A stretch of 64,000 nt of DNA from an uncultured bacterium (GTDB lineage: Bacteria > Cyanobacteriota > Cyanobacteriia > Cyanobacteriales > JASJDA01): NCBI GenBank assembly GCA_964458305.1, contig CAYWIH010000004.1, positions 10,844 through 74,843 on the forward strand, in the 5' to 3' direction. Position 1 is the stretch's first letter. Every line of letters begins with the position of its first letter. Shown here piece after piece: positions 27,601 to 36,962 of the stretch. A program made the position numbers and the translations under genes. The notes below the pieces were generated by a model. It had not been told where the DNA came from. It was given only the letters and a program-made list of their open reading frames with translations, and searched no databases.

Positions 27601-29277
27601 AAATGTTTGAGTTTGCGCGATCTTTACTTCTGCTTGTTTGCGATCGCTTATATCGGTGAGCGTGACTAAGTTAGCGCAATATTTACCACGATTATCTAAA
27701 ATCGGGTTGGCAGATACCATCGCCCAAAATTGAGATCCATCTTTGCGACGAAATTGACAACTGTATCGTTCTTTGATTCCCTTAATACGAGCCGCTCGTT
27801 TCTCGAGCAATTTTGGCTTGTCTTCTTCATTGACAAATTCGTAAGGATTGGTCTTTAATAGTTCTGCTAAGGTGCAACCCAAAAGATCGGCTAGTTGTTG
27901 ATTTGCAAAAAGAAATTCTCTGCGTTCGTTGAAGATCGCTACTCCTTCGGTCATGGCTTCGACGATCTGACGATATCTTTTTTCGCTTTGTTGCAGATCC
28001 GAGCAGATCTGGTTGTCAAATTGTTGCATCTCGCTTTCGATCCCGATCATGCGAACTGCTTTCCCCGACTCGTCCCATTCTGCTTGTCCTCGGTTGAGAA
28101 TCTTTTTATAAGAACCGTTTTGAGAAGATACTCTATACTCGATCGCGAAGGGAATTTTGCGGGCTAAATGGTCTTCAAAAGCGGCTAAAACTTTTGATAA
28201 GTCTTGAGGATGGATTCTTTGTTGCCATTGCTCGATGCTATTACTTATTTGTCCGATTTTGAATTCTTTTATTTGATAAAACAGAACTCGATCGCTTTGA
28301 ATGTCCCAATCCCACAGGCCATCTCCGGTAGCTTCTAAAGCCAGTTGCCATCTTTTTTCGCTAGTTTTTAATGCCGATTCTATTTCTTTGTTGCGAATAC
28401 CGAGGCTCAAATAATTGGCTGCTTCAATAAAGGTATTTATTTCTCTTTCTTGCCAATGGTGAGGTTTGGGGCTAAAAACCGTTAATAATCCCAATAAGAC
28501 CCCGGAATATTTTATAGGTATATTAAGAATCCCTCTCATCCCCATTGCTAACATTTTTTCTTTTAAGGGGGTGAGGCGATCGTCTCGATCGAGATCTGCT
28601 ACTGCGACGTAAGTACTGTTTTGACAAGCTTGCCAGTATTCTGGTGCGAGCTGAAAATTTAATTTTTCTTCTGCTACTGTATTTTTTGCTCCAGGCTCGA
28701 TCGCGTTAACTAGTGTTATTTTATTTTCTTGATTTATTTGGGAATATGCTATTGATAAATAATGAAAATCGCGCTTTAAATTTAAAAGGGTATTTTCAAT
28801 TAAATCTTCTTGATTATTTGCGAGGGCAATACTTTTTAAAATATCTTTTGTTGTTAAATTATTTTTGTTGCGGGCAAATGAATTTTTAAATTGCCAAAAA
28901 TGGGTTTTTTTTCGGCGATCTTCTTCTTTTTTAAAGATTTTATTGAATTTGATTTTAGTAGATACAAAAGCATATCCTTCTAATTTACCAGTTTTATTTA
29001 CCGGAAAAGACCTGGTATAAATCCAAACAATAGAGCGATCGGGTCTGATAATTCTATATTTTTGTTGAATATTTTTGCCGGTTTTTAATAGTTTCTCCCA
29101 AGCTAAATCAACTCTTTTTTTATCTTCAGGATGAACCAAATCGAGCCAAGATTCGGGATTTTCTTTGAGTGCCTCGCACCTCATACCCCAAACTTTTTTA
29201 TAATTACAACTAACATCAAAAAGTATTTTTCCGTCGGGAGAAATAGTAAAAAATACTTCTTCTATTCTTTCTTTCAT
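24652..29277 (-). CDS. very large multi-PAS/GAF sensor histidine kinase (no receiver domain)
   Basis: 1541 aa. Seven D(I/V/L)(S/T)(D/E)R(K/Q/H) PAS-boundary motifs. H-box FFSMASHEFRTPLSTI. N box NLLTNAIKYSP. G box GSGLGLTLVKKCVDLHRG. Confidence 0.9.
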   Translation of the reverse strand: MKERIEEVFFTISPDGKILFDVSCNYKKVWGMRCEALKENPESWLDLVHPEDKKRVDLAWEKLLKTGKNIQQKYRIIRPDRSIVWIYTRSFPVNKTGKLEGYAFVSTKIKFNKIFKKEEDRRKKTHFWQFKNSFARNKNNLTTKDILKSIALANNQEDLIENTLLNLKRDFHYLSIAYSQINQENKITLVNAIEPGAKNTVAEEKLNFQLAPEYWQACQNSTYVAVADLDRDDRLTPLKEKMLAMGMRGILNIPIKYSGVLLGLLTVFSPKPHHWQEREINTFIEAANYLSLGIRNKEIESALKTSEKRWQLALEATGDGLWDWDIQSDRVLFYQIKEFKIGQISNSIEQWQQRIHPQDLSKVLAAFEDHLARKIPFAIEYRVSSQNGSYKKILNRGQAEWDESGKAVRMIGIESEMQQFDNQICSDLQQSEKRYRQIVEAMTEGVAIFNERREFLFANQQLADLLGCTLAELLKTNPYEFVNEEDKPKLLEKRAARIKGIKERYSCQFRRKDGSQFWAMVSANPILDNRGKYCANLVTLTDISDRKQAEVKIAQTQTFLQTLIDHLPLSLFVKDTGGRYITINRSCEQFFGAQEAEVIGKTDYDFFPREQADFLRQKDREVFAKQTKVEIPTESIDTSIGRRVFRAIKVPLYDPQGQPKYLMGLAEDITDRQQIQLALEESERRYRQIVETMNEGVWVLNKSGCTTFVNQQTADMLGYTISQMSGRHFREFIDRAKQAKAIEKLNNCRQGIAEKYDFRFRRQDGSDLWAIVSANPICDENGQYQGILNVITDLSDRKQSQAKLSLALEAGKIICWEANLLTNRVIGFGSLEPEWVNDSWEFSTKELFSKVFTRQERKSAITIIDRAIENQSEFIFEHRCALFLDRWFMMKGKVLSDREGQPTTIVGISVDISERKQAEIKIQQTEEFLQTLINSLPVPLFVKDARSENFGKLVLLNQNCEQLFGISTDRAMDKTCQQLFTQEQAEFFDSQDREAFAKNQKVDIPPVAIGTQDLGRKILQATKVPLYDLESKPQYLLCIAEDVTDRHIAQAALQESEARLAGILDNAEDGIISIDCDRRITLFNKGAEKIFGYTTAEILDRPLDLLLPNNFSSEDPNGEIVTKIGRRDAVFARRKDGSEFPAEVSISQLKLAGSTIFTAIIRDVTDRKRAENNLRENKQFLESIFESASEVIWVVERTETGDFRMLTINQSVEKFTGIPPQQWIDKGVKEIYPNPEIAAKFKSNYEICLQKESSITFEHDCLLSKDEVCFLITISPLHTSNDFPQKRERILAIAVDISDRKRAEQTLLELEKQREIAEMQLRFFSMASHEFRTPLSTILVIVQSLISYLDRLPQEKIVKKLYQLEKVAKRMTEIIDNILKINRAETEKSQIETELLNPEKICISLVKEMQINAGQDRQIIFMSQGENKLTPINPKLFNYILTNLLTNAIKYSPQCSTIHVILKSQTKKLILIVKDRGVGIPKSELPQLFEAFHRGKNIENTPGSGLGLTLVKKCVDLHRGQIEVHSKPGKGTTFIVTIPLS

Positions 29278-29680
29278 AAGCTATAAAAATAAAAAAATTA
29301 AATTTTATTATAACAAAGTAATTGTTTTCTAAGTTACTATTTTGAAGTTTAGATCTAAAATGTTAAACTATTAACCTATTAAATTAAATAGAGAAATTAT
29401 CTTTGATAATAAATCTTCCATTGCTAAAATTTAATGAGGATCGAACTGTCTAATTTAGTTTTGTCGATATATCGTCGAACTTGAAAGTTTTTTCTCAACT
29501 AAATGGCAAAAATGGCAAAATATATGGATTTATTGCCGTAAATTCAATTAACTGCTTAATTATAATATATTTACTAAGTAAATTTACAAGCAAGCTGTAT
29601 TTTATTGATAATATTGATGGGTTTTATTGCTTATCACTATACGGCAAAACACCAAACATAATCAAAAACTTATTTTTTAG

Positions 29681-30355
29681 ATGAAAATTTTGTTGGTAGA
29701 AGATGATTCAATTTTGGCTGAAAATTTGGCTGAGGCGATCGCCGCTCAACTTTATGTTATTGATGTAGTCGGGGATGGTGAAACTGCCTGGGACTACGTA
29801 CAGTCTTTTCATTATGATTTAATTTTATTAGATGTTAATTTACCGAAGTTAAATGGAGTCAGTTTGTGCCGCAAATTGCGTCAGCAAGGTTTCGATAAAC
29901 CTATATTGATGTTAACAGCTCGAGATACTAGCGACGATAAAGTTCTCGGTTTGGATGCTGGTGCTGATGATTACGTAATTAAACCCTTCGATCTGCCAGA
30001 ATTGTTAGCTCGGATTCGCGCTTTATTGAGACGGGGTAATTCTCGATCGCCTATTTTAGAATGGGACGATCTTTGTCTCGATCCTCGCACTTATCAAGTA
30101 ACTTACGCTCAACAAACATTGTCTCTAACACCTAAAGAATATTCAATCCTGGAACTTTTGATGCGCAACGGACAAAGAGTTCTCAGCCGTAGGTTAATTT
30201 TAGAACAAGTTTGGGCTTTTGAAGATATGCCCTCAGAAGATACAGTTAAAGCCCATATTAATAGCTTACGCTCCAAACTTAAAGCAGTTAACGCTCCTCC
30301 TAATCTGATCGGTACGGTTAGGGGGATTGGTTATTGTCTGAATGTAACAAGTTAA
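29681..30355 (+). CDS. OmpR-family DNA-binding response regulator
   Basis: 224 aa. REC domain (LLVEDD, LILLDVNLP, MLTARD, IKPF) plus a winged helix (LTPKEYSILELLMRNGQRVLSR...VRGIGYCL). Confidence 0.9.
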   Translation: MKILLVEDDSILAENLAEAIAAQLYVIDVVGDGETAWDYVQSFHYDLILLDVNLPKLNGVSLCRKLRQQGFDKPILMLTARDTSDDKVLGLDAGADDYVIKPFDLPELLARIRALLRRGNSRSPILEWDDLCLDPRTYQVTYAQQTLSLTPKEYSILELLMRNGQRVLSRRLILEQVWAFEDMPSEDTVKAHINSLRSKLKAVNAPPNLIGTVRGIGYCLNVTS

Positions 30356-30439
30356 TTTACAGCTTAAGTCCTGTCTTAATCTTTTCTTAACTTATCTTGG
30401 CGGAATTTTTACAAACAACATTTAAGATACATACATATA

Positions 30440-30512
30440 AGGCAAGTTCTTCTTTTAGGTGGATCTAATCCTTCAAGCAGGGAGTTTAAGTTAACTTCCT
30501 GTATTTTTTTTA
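30440..30512 (+). ncRNA. candidate sRNA, copy 1 of a tandem pair
   Basis: TTTACA (30408-30413), 17-nt spacer, ATACAT (30431-30436). The body AGGCAAGTTCTTCTTTTAGGTGGATCTAATCCTTCAAG has no ATG. Terminator hairpin CAGGGAG (30478-30484) / CTTCCTG (30495-30501) followed by TATTTTTTTT. The ends are estimates. Confidence 0.5.
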
Positions 30513-30815
30513 TTTTTTGCTTCTCAAGCTGTTTGGAGTCTATATTTGCTAGATCGATCGGCTCGAATAATGGTTTAACTTAAATTTAACCTGACTTTCC
30601 AGATTTAAAGCTGGCTGGCAAAGTTATTAACGACCTTAAGATAAGTTTTGCTTTTAAGTCTATTTAACTTTTTTAATCTAAATTTTTATTTAACTCAATT
30701 TTTCCAGATAATGGAAATATTAAAATAAGTATATGTCGATTTAGCAAAGTTTTTAATTTTAATTTAATCTATCTTTTCGCAAATTTTACAAACTATGTTT
30801 AAAGTAGATAAATAT

Positions 30816-30889
30816 TAGGCAAGTTCTTCTTTTAGGTGGATTTAATTATCTTAGCAGGGGGTTTAAGTTAACTTCCTGTATTTTTTTTT
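30816..30889 (+). ncRNA. candidate sRNA, copy 2 of a tandem pair
   Basis: TTTACA (30785-30790), 17-nt spacer, ATAAAT (30808-30813). The body is near-identical to copy 1. Hairpin CAGGGGG (30855-30861) / CTTCCTG (30872-30878) followed by TATTTTTTTTT. It abuts the stop of the convergent 30891-31445 gene. The ends are estimates. Confidence 0.5.
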
Positions 30890-30890
30890 G

Positions 30891-31445
30891 CTAGCTTTGC
30901 CAATCTGCTAAGGATCTTTCTAAAACTGCATACTGGAAATTTTTAGAAATTAAGATTATTTTTGCTTTTTGTTCTCGATCGATCGGGTCGACTCGAGCGT
31001 AAATAAATTTGTTTTCAAAATCAGATTTACCTAAAAATAATTGATATTCTTGTTGATTATTGAGAATTATTCTTATTATACCACGAGGAGACTGAAGATG
31101 GTAAAGATTTAGACGATCGGCAGAAACAGTAAAAGTGCGTTCGATTTTTTCTCTAGCTAATAAATTCAACAAAAAAGCCACAACTGAATCGTTAGCCAGA
31201 GCATTTTCTGGCTGCTTTATTTGCCACTTATCTTGTCGATCTTGAGTGCGTTCGAGTTTAAAAATTTTACCTTCTGTTTCGATAATTAATTGTTGAATAT
31301 CTTCGACTTTAAAATTAAAAATCCTTCTTTTTTCACTTTGAATATTTGCATATTTTGGAGAGTCTTTAATTTCAGTAAAATATAACCAAGCACCCGAAGT
31401 TAAAGCAAAAACTAGCCAGATCGAAGTAGTTTTTTGGAATTTCAT
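30891..31445 (-). CDS. DUF4340-like protein (accessory to the GldG-type ABC module)
   Basis: 184 aa. N-terminal TM anchor. Sits immediately downstream of the GldG-like gene on the same strand, the usual context for DUF4340. Confidence 0.65.
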   Translation of the reverse strand: MKFQKTTSIWLVFALTSGAWLYFTEIKDSPKYANIQSEKRRIFNFKVEDIQQLIIETEGKIFKLERTQDRQDKWQIKQPENALANDSVVAFLLNLLAREKIERTFTVSADRLNLYHLQSPRGIIRIILNNQQEYQLFLGKSDFENKFIYARVDPIDREQKAKIILISKNFQYAVLERSLADWQS

Positions 31446-31476
31446 TTTTCTGCTCGACTTTTTTAAATATCCAATA

Positions 31477-33063
31477 TTAACGTCTTTGCCACCAAGTTAT
31501 TCCGGCCAGAATCAAAGCCAACAAAGGAAAAATCAACAGAGCCAACAAATTCAGAATTATCCCGCGAGTAAGACCGATATTGAGACGGCGGTTTTTAGGT
31601 TCTTTAGCAATAATAGAAATATTAGAATCATCGCTATTTGCTAACCAGGCGATCGCATTAATAAATAAATTTTGATTAAACTGTTGTGAAATCCAACTAT
31701 TAGTAGCAAAATCAGAATCGCCAAAAATAACTAATCTCGAGTCTACTTCATTTTCTAAAGATTTATTCAGAGCAAAAGCCAAATTAAAAGGCCCGGACTT
31801 ATCCTTTTTAGGATCTAAACTAACCTCTTTATTTAGTTCGCTTTCAGCCCAAGTTTGTTCGTCTGAAATCAATAAAGGTGCTGCTGAAATTTCTGGTTTA
31901 GACTCTATTTCGATCGCTCTGGCCCGGTAAAATAAAGTAATATTCTTGTCGCTAAAATCCTTAGTAATCGGGCGATCGCCGTACTGAGTTACTACGGTAG
32001 TGTCTACTCCAAAACCTAAAAATACGTTACTTCCAGAAGCATCGATAATCACGCGATCGTCTAATTTAATGCCCCAATCTTGTAATATTGGTTCTGGATC
32101 TGCAGTGCGATCGGGATCTAACATCAGCAATAATCTACCGCCATTATTGAGATAGTTTCTTAATAACTTGATTTCTGCTGAGAATAATTCTTTTTGGGGG
32201 TTGGAGATAACGATCGCGGTAGTATTTTCGGGAATTTTACCGTTAGTGACTAAATTGAGGGGTGCTATTTTATAACCGTTAGCATCGAGACTGCTAACAG
32301 CGCGAGATAAACCATCTCTGGTGGCTGCTAGAGTAGTTTCTCCGTGTCCGGTGAGAAAATATATATAAGGGATTCGATCGCGCTTTATTTTGGCGATCGC
32401 TGTAGTTAATTGTAATTCTGAGATCGGTTCTTTGGCGGCCGGATTGGGATTGTTGGCCGGGTATAATTGCTGTACTAATTGTTTTTTATTGTCGTATTCG
32501 AGATAAACTTCTCCTAAAGAGAGATCTTTGAGACTGTTGCGATCTTGAAATGCAGCTAATCGATCTACTTCTACTTGAGGATCGACCGACTCAAATTTAA
32601 ATAGAGGACTGTAGCGACTGTAATTTTCGAGTAATTCGCGATCGACCTGGCTAAAATCGCGATCGAAAACCCATACTGTCAAGGGTTTGTTTAAATTCTT
32701 AACTATTTGCTGAGTTTGGGGAGAGAGGGAATATATTTGGCTTTCCGTTAAATCTATTCTGAAACTGTAGCGACTTGCTAAAAAATTAATCAGCCCTAAA
32801 ATTATTAATACCGACAAAGTAGATATTAAAATATTCGTTCCAACGGTAGTCGATCTTTGTTGCCAAAATCGTCTTTTTGACAATCCCAACCATAACAGAG
32901 TAAAAATCGTGCCGGTTAAGATTAAGCTCAGAGGAATTATCGACCAGATTCCAGATACTATTCCAGCGACTAAACCGACGATAAATATAAACGGCCCGGA
33001 TAAAAAGAGATATTTTAAATTTTTTTTCGTACCAAAGTCAGGTTTGGTTTTCATGTGCTTCAA
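31477..33063 (-). CDS. GldG-family ABC-type transport auxiliary protein
   Basis: 528 aa. N-terminal and C-terminal TM anchors flank a large exposed domain (YFLTGHGE, LLLMLDP, VIFGDSDFATN motifs). Confidence 0.8.
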   Translation of the reverse strand: MKHMKTKPDFGTKKNLKYLFLSGPFIFIVGLVAGIVSGIWSIIPLSLILTGTIFTLLWLGLSKRRFWQQRSTTVGTNILISTLSVLIILGLINFLASRYSFRIDLTESQIYSLSPQTQQIVKNLNKPLTVWVFDRDFSQVDRELLENYSRYSPLFKFESVDPQVEVDRLAAFQDRNSLKDLSLGEVYLEYDNKKQLVQQLYPANNPNPAAKEPISELQLTTAIAKIKRDRIPYIYFLTGHGETTLAATRDGLSRAVSSLDANGYKIAPLNLVTNGKIPENTTAIVISNPQKELFSAEIKLLRNYLNNGGRLLLMLDPDRTADPEPILQDWGIKLDDRVIIDASGSNVFLGFGVDTTVVTQYGDRPITKDFSDKNITLFYRARAIEIESKPEISAAPLLISDEQTWAESELNKEVSLDPKKDKSGPFNLAFALNKSLENEVDSRLVIFGDSDFATNSWISQQFNQNLFINAIAWLANSDDSNISIIAKEPKNRRLNIGLTRGIILNLLALLIFPLLALILAGITWWQRR

Positions 33064-33078
33064 AATACTGACAACATA

Positions 33079-33879
33079 TTATCTTTGAAATCGGAGAGTT
33101 TCGATACTGCTAGCGGTCAAAAATAGTCCCAAAAAAATGTAACTTCCAAACACTACCAAACTGCCAGTATCAAAAATACCTTTTATTAGATTATCGTAAT
33201 GTTTTAATAAAGAAAGATAACTAATAATATCGCCTATTTGCGGGGATATGTTTGCTGAAATACTTGCACCTATTCCATCTAAATACCATAGAAATATAAT
33301 CAAAACAAAAGTAACGATCGAGGCAAAAATTGTACTGTCAGTTAGGGAAGAGACAAACATTCCCAGAGAAAGTATTGCAGCAGCCAATAAAATTAAACCT
33401 AAATGAGCTAGTAAGGGAACTGTTAAATTAATTGGTGGATTAGCACTGCTAAAAGCGATCGCTTCGTAAATTAATATTGGGAACATCATAAAAGTAAAAT
33501 AGCAAACTACACCCAACAATTTTCCCAAAGCTACCATCCAATTTGTGATTGGAGAAGTTGCTAATAATTCTAGGGTTTTTAACTTTCTTTCTTCGGCGTA
33601 TAAATTCATAGAGAGTACGGGAACGATAAATATTATCAACCCGCTCATCAAACCCATAAAACTCAATAAAAAATTATAAGCAACATCTACAGCAACTTCT
33701 TGTCCCAATCTTTCTAAAGTAGCTATTTCAGAAATTATTCCTTGTTTTCCTAATAATAAATATACAAAGAAAAATCCAGTTAACAGCCAAAAAAAAGCAG
33801 TAACAATATATATTAGTGGGGAAGTAAAATAACCTCGCAATTCTTTTTGAAAAATGGCAGTAATATTATTAACAATCAT
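33079..33879 (-). CDS. ABC-2 family transporter permease (GldF-like)
   Basis: 266 aa. Six hydrophobic spans. N-terminal FQKELRGYFTSPLIYIV is typical of ABC-2 permeases. Confidence 0.8.
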   Translation of the reverse strand: MIVNNITAIFQKELRGYFTSPLIYIVTAFFWLLTGFFFVYLLLGKQGIISEIATLERLGQEVAVDVAYNFLLSFMGLMSGLIIFIVPVLSMNLYAEERKLKTLELLATSPITNWMVALGKLLGVVCYFTFMMFPILIYEAIAFSSANPPINLTVPLLAHLGLILLAAAILSLGMFVSSLTDSTIFASIVTFVLIIFLWYLDGIGASISANISPQIGDIISYLSLLKHYDNLIKGIFDTGSLVVFGSYIFLGLFLTASSIETLRFQR

Positions 33880-34068
33880 AGCTCGTTTGTTTGTTGTAAT
33901 TGTGGAGTAGAGAGGTTATTTAAAACCATCTCTACTGTAAATAAATTCAAGAACTCAGAACCCTGAAATTATAATTTTAGTGGAGTTTTGAAACTCAGAA
34001 TTTTAGTACAGAAATAAAAAGTTAATACTTTAAATTCTTTTAAAAAAACTTCTGAGATCTGAGTTAAT

Positions 34069-35418
34069 TTAGCGCATAGTTACAAATTCTTCAGCAGAAC
34101 TAGGATGAAGGGCTACAGTAGCATCAAAATCAGCTTTAGTAGCACCCATTTTCAAAGCGATCGCAACTGCTTGAATAATTTCCCCGGAATGTTCGCCAAC
34201 CATATGGGCCCCTAAGACTCGATCGTTATCTTGGTTAACCACTAACTTCATCAAAGTTTTTTCCTGTTTATCGGTCAGAGTGTAATAAAGTGGGCGAAAC
34301 TTAGCCCGATAAATTTTAATTGCATCTCCGTATTTTTCCCTAGCGTCCTCCTCCGTCAAACCCACTGTAGCCGCTTCTGGAGTAGAAAAAACGGCAGTAG
34401 GTATATTCTCGTAATTCATTTTGCCATCTTTTTTACCAAAATGGGTGTCAGCAAAAATACGTCCTTCCTTAATTGCTACCGGAGTCAATTCGAGCGTCGG
34501 GGTACAATCGCCGATCGCGTAAATATGTGCTTCAGAAGTGCGATTAATTTCATCGACACCGATCGCCCCTTCAACTATTTCTACTTTGGTATTTTCCAAA
34601 CCCAAATTATCTAGATTTGGCTTCCGTCCGGTGGCTGCTAAACTAACAACATCAGCAACAGCAATCTCTTTATTGTCAGCTCGAGAAATTACTTTAACAC
34701 CTGCGTCACTTTTTTCAATTGCAATCTCGTTACTATTATTAAAAATGCGAATACCGTGTTTTTCCATGGCTTCTTGAATGGTAGAACGCAAATCCCCATC
34801 AAAACCCCGTAAAATGCGATCGGCGCGAATAATTTGAGTTACTTGAGTCCCCAAACCCTGCATGATACAAGCAAATTCTACACCGATATAACCGCCCCCG
34901 ATAATTACCAAACTTTTAGGCTGTTCGGGTAAATTAAACATATCGTCAGAAACGATCGCCAGATCGATCCCAGGAATATTATTAGGTTTTACCGGATGAC
35001 CGCCAACAGCGATCATAATTTTATCGGCAGTTACTTTGCGATCGCCTATTTCTAAAGTGTGAGAATCGACGAATTTAGCATAACCGCGAAATAATTCTAC
35101 CCCCGATTTATCGAGCATTCGCTGATAAATTCCATTGAGGCGATCGACTTCATTATTAACCGCTTCAATCATTTTCGACCAATTGAGGTGGCTTTCTGGC
35201 TTGCTCCAGCCATATCCTTCAGCTTCTTCAAATTGTGCCGGAAAGCGAGAAGCGTAAACCATTAATTTTTTAGGGATGCAACCGCGATTGACACAAGTTC
35301 CACCCAAGCGATTGTTTTCTGCCAATCCTACCTTTGCGCCGTATTCTGCAGCTCTTCTAGCGCAAGCAATCCCCCCAGATCCACCGCCGATTACAAACAA
35401 ATCGAAATCGTAACTCAT
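34069..35418 (-). CDS. gor: glutathione-disulfide reductase
   Basis: 449 aa. FAD motif VIGGGSGGIA, redox-active GGTCVNRGCIPKK, second dinucleotide fold IIGGGYIGVEFA, and a C-terminal HPSSAEE interface motif. Confidence 0.9.
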   Translation of the reverse strand: MSYDFDLFVIGGGSGGIACARRAAEYGAKVGLAENNRLGGTCVNRGCIPKKLMVYASRFPAQFEEAEGYGWSKPESHLNWSKMIEAVNNEVDRLNGIYQRMLDKSGVELFRGYAKFVDSHTLEIGDRKVTADKIMIAVGGHPVKPNNIPGIDLAIVSDDMFNLPEQPKSLVIIGGGYIGVEFACIMQGLGTQVTQIIRADRILRGFDGDLRSTIQEAMEKHGIRIFNNSNEIAIEKSDAGVKVISRADNKEIAVADVVSLAATGRKPNLDNLGLENTKVEIVEGAIGVDEINRTSEAHIYAIGDCTPTLELTPVAIKEGRIFADTHFGKKDGKMNYENIPTAVFSTPEAATVGLTEEDAREKYGDAIKIYRAKFRPLYYTLTDKQEKTLMKLVVNQDNDRVLGAHMVGEHSGEIIQAVAIALKMGATKADFDATVALHPSSAEEFVTMR

Positions 35419-35447
35419 TATACTATTCCTCTTTTACCGCTACTTGA

Positions 35448-36923
35448 ATGCTAAAACTTTTCTTGAGATCGATACAAGCCTTAATTCTTCTCTCTTTTCT
35501 CGTGCCGCTACAACTACCAAAAGTTAGAAACGAGAATATATCTGCTGCATCTTCATCCGTTACTCTGGCTCGGGATAATACACCCGTTTGTCTTGCCGAT
35601 TTAGATCGACAAATAAATAGAATTATTAACCGCGAAGGTTTCGATCGCGCTAGTTGGGGAATTTTAATCCAAACTTTAGACGATCGAACAACTATTTATG
35701 CTAAAAATCCAGAAAAATATTTTTTACCCGCTTCTGGTGCTAAACTTCTCACCACTGCTGCTGCTTTATCGGAATTAGGATCTCGCTATCGTTTTAGTAC
35801 TTCGGTTTACGGGGTAGGAAATTTACCCAATTTAACGACTCTACGGGTAGTAGGAAGCAAAGATCCCTCCCTCAACACTCAAGATCTAGAAAACTTAGCC
35901 GATCGCCTCAGAGAAGAAGGAGTAAGAAGAATATCGCGGTTGATAATCGAAAACAGACAATCCTCTCTCAATCCTACTTGGGAATGGTCTGACGTGCGCG
36001 AATATTATGCTGTTGGAGTTTACGATCTCAATCTCAACGAAAATGCAGTTATTTTAAATATTTTGCCGCAAAGATTGGGACAAACTGTTAAATTAGATTG
36101 GTCGGATGCGATCGCAGCTCAACAATGGTCGATCGAAAATCAAGCAATAACAGCCCCTGAAAATACTCCCTATAATGTCGAAATAAAAGGAGTTTTAGCT
36201 AAGCCAATTTTAAAAATTACAGGAGAATTAGCCAGCGATTCTGGCCCGGATATTTGGGGTTTAGCAGTACCAAATCCGAGTCAATATTTTAAAGAATCTT
36301 TTCTTAAAATTTTGCGCGCTCGCGGCATTCAAGTCGATTCTAGTTCGATCGACAATCGTCCTTTTTCTATTCCTCGCGGTACAAAATTAACTACAATTTA
36401 TTCTGAAGATTTAGATATTTTAGTTACTAAAACCAATCAAGAAAGTAACAATCTTTATGCAGAAACATTATTTCAAATTTTAAAAGATCGTTTCAGGGAA
36501 GAAACTGGAGGAGATGCGATCGAACTGGTTTTATCTGAATTAGGAATAGATGCCGATAGCTATACTTTAAACGACGGATCTGGTTTGTCCCGTCAAAATT
36601 TAGTTTCGCCCCAAGCAATAGTCCAAACCCTTCAAGTAATGGCAAAAAGTCCTCAAGCCGAAATTTATCGAGATTCTTTAGCAGTCGCTGGTGTTAGCGG
36701 CACTTTAAAAAAACGCTTTTTAAATACCCCAATTAACGGGAAATTACAAGCAAAAACAGGAACTTTAACCGGAGTTTCTTCCCTTTCCGGTTATTTAGAA
36801 CTACCTAATTATGAAACATTAGTTTTTAGTATTATTATCAATCATGCCGATTTTAAAACATCTCTCCAGCGTCGCGCGATCGATGAAATAGTTTTATTAT
36901 TGAACGATTTGCGATCGTGTTAA
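35448..36923 (+). CDS. dacB: D-alanyl-D-alanine carboxypeptidase/endopeptidase (PBP4, peptidase S13)
   Basis: 491 aa. Signal peptide. SxxK as PASGAKLLTTAAAL, SNN as ESNNLYAE, and KTG as AKTGTLTGVSSLSGY. Confidence 0.85.
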   Translation: MLKLFLRSIQALILLSFLVPLQLPKVRNENISAASSSVTLARDNTPVCLADLDRQINRIINREGFDRASWGILIQTLDDRTTIYAKNPEKYFLPASGAKLLTTAAALSELGSRYRFSTSVYGVGNLPNLTTLRVVGSKDPSLNTQDLENLADRLREEGVRRISRLIIENRQSSLNPTWEWSDVREYYAVGVYDLNLNENAVILNILPQRLGQTVKLDWSDAIAAQQWSIENQAITAPENTPYNVEIKGVLAKPILKITGELASDSGPDIWGLAVPNPSQYFKESFLKILRARGIQVDSSSIDNRPFSIPRGTKLTTIYSEDLDILVTKTNQESNNLYAETLFQILKDRFREETGGDAIELVLSELGIDADSYTLNDGSGLSRQNLVSPQAIVQTLQVMAKSPQAEIYRDSLAVAGVSGTLKKRFLNTPINGKLQAKTGTLTGVSSLSGYLELPNYETLVFSIIINHADFKTSLQRRAIDEIVLLLNDLRSC

Positions 36924-36962
36924 TAAAACTTTTTTATTTTAAAAAGAAAACTCAAACACAAA

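Noticed and set aside
29481-29684. 67-aa ORF just upstream of and overlapping the OmpR-type regulator start
   Set aside because: It lies in very AT-rich divergent-promoter DNA. The product is Ile/Asn/Phe/Tyr-rich, as expected from composition, and there is no RBS or motif.
30387-30889. Considered whether the two ~125-nt direct repeats could be a CRISPR remnant or the ends of a mobile element
   Set aside because: There are only two copies, the repeats are far longer than CRISPR repeats, the spacing is 377 nt, and there are no cas or transposase genes, terminal inverted repeats or target-site duplication. The promoter-plus-terminator anatomy fits sRNA genes better.
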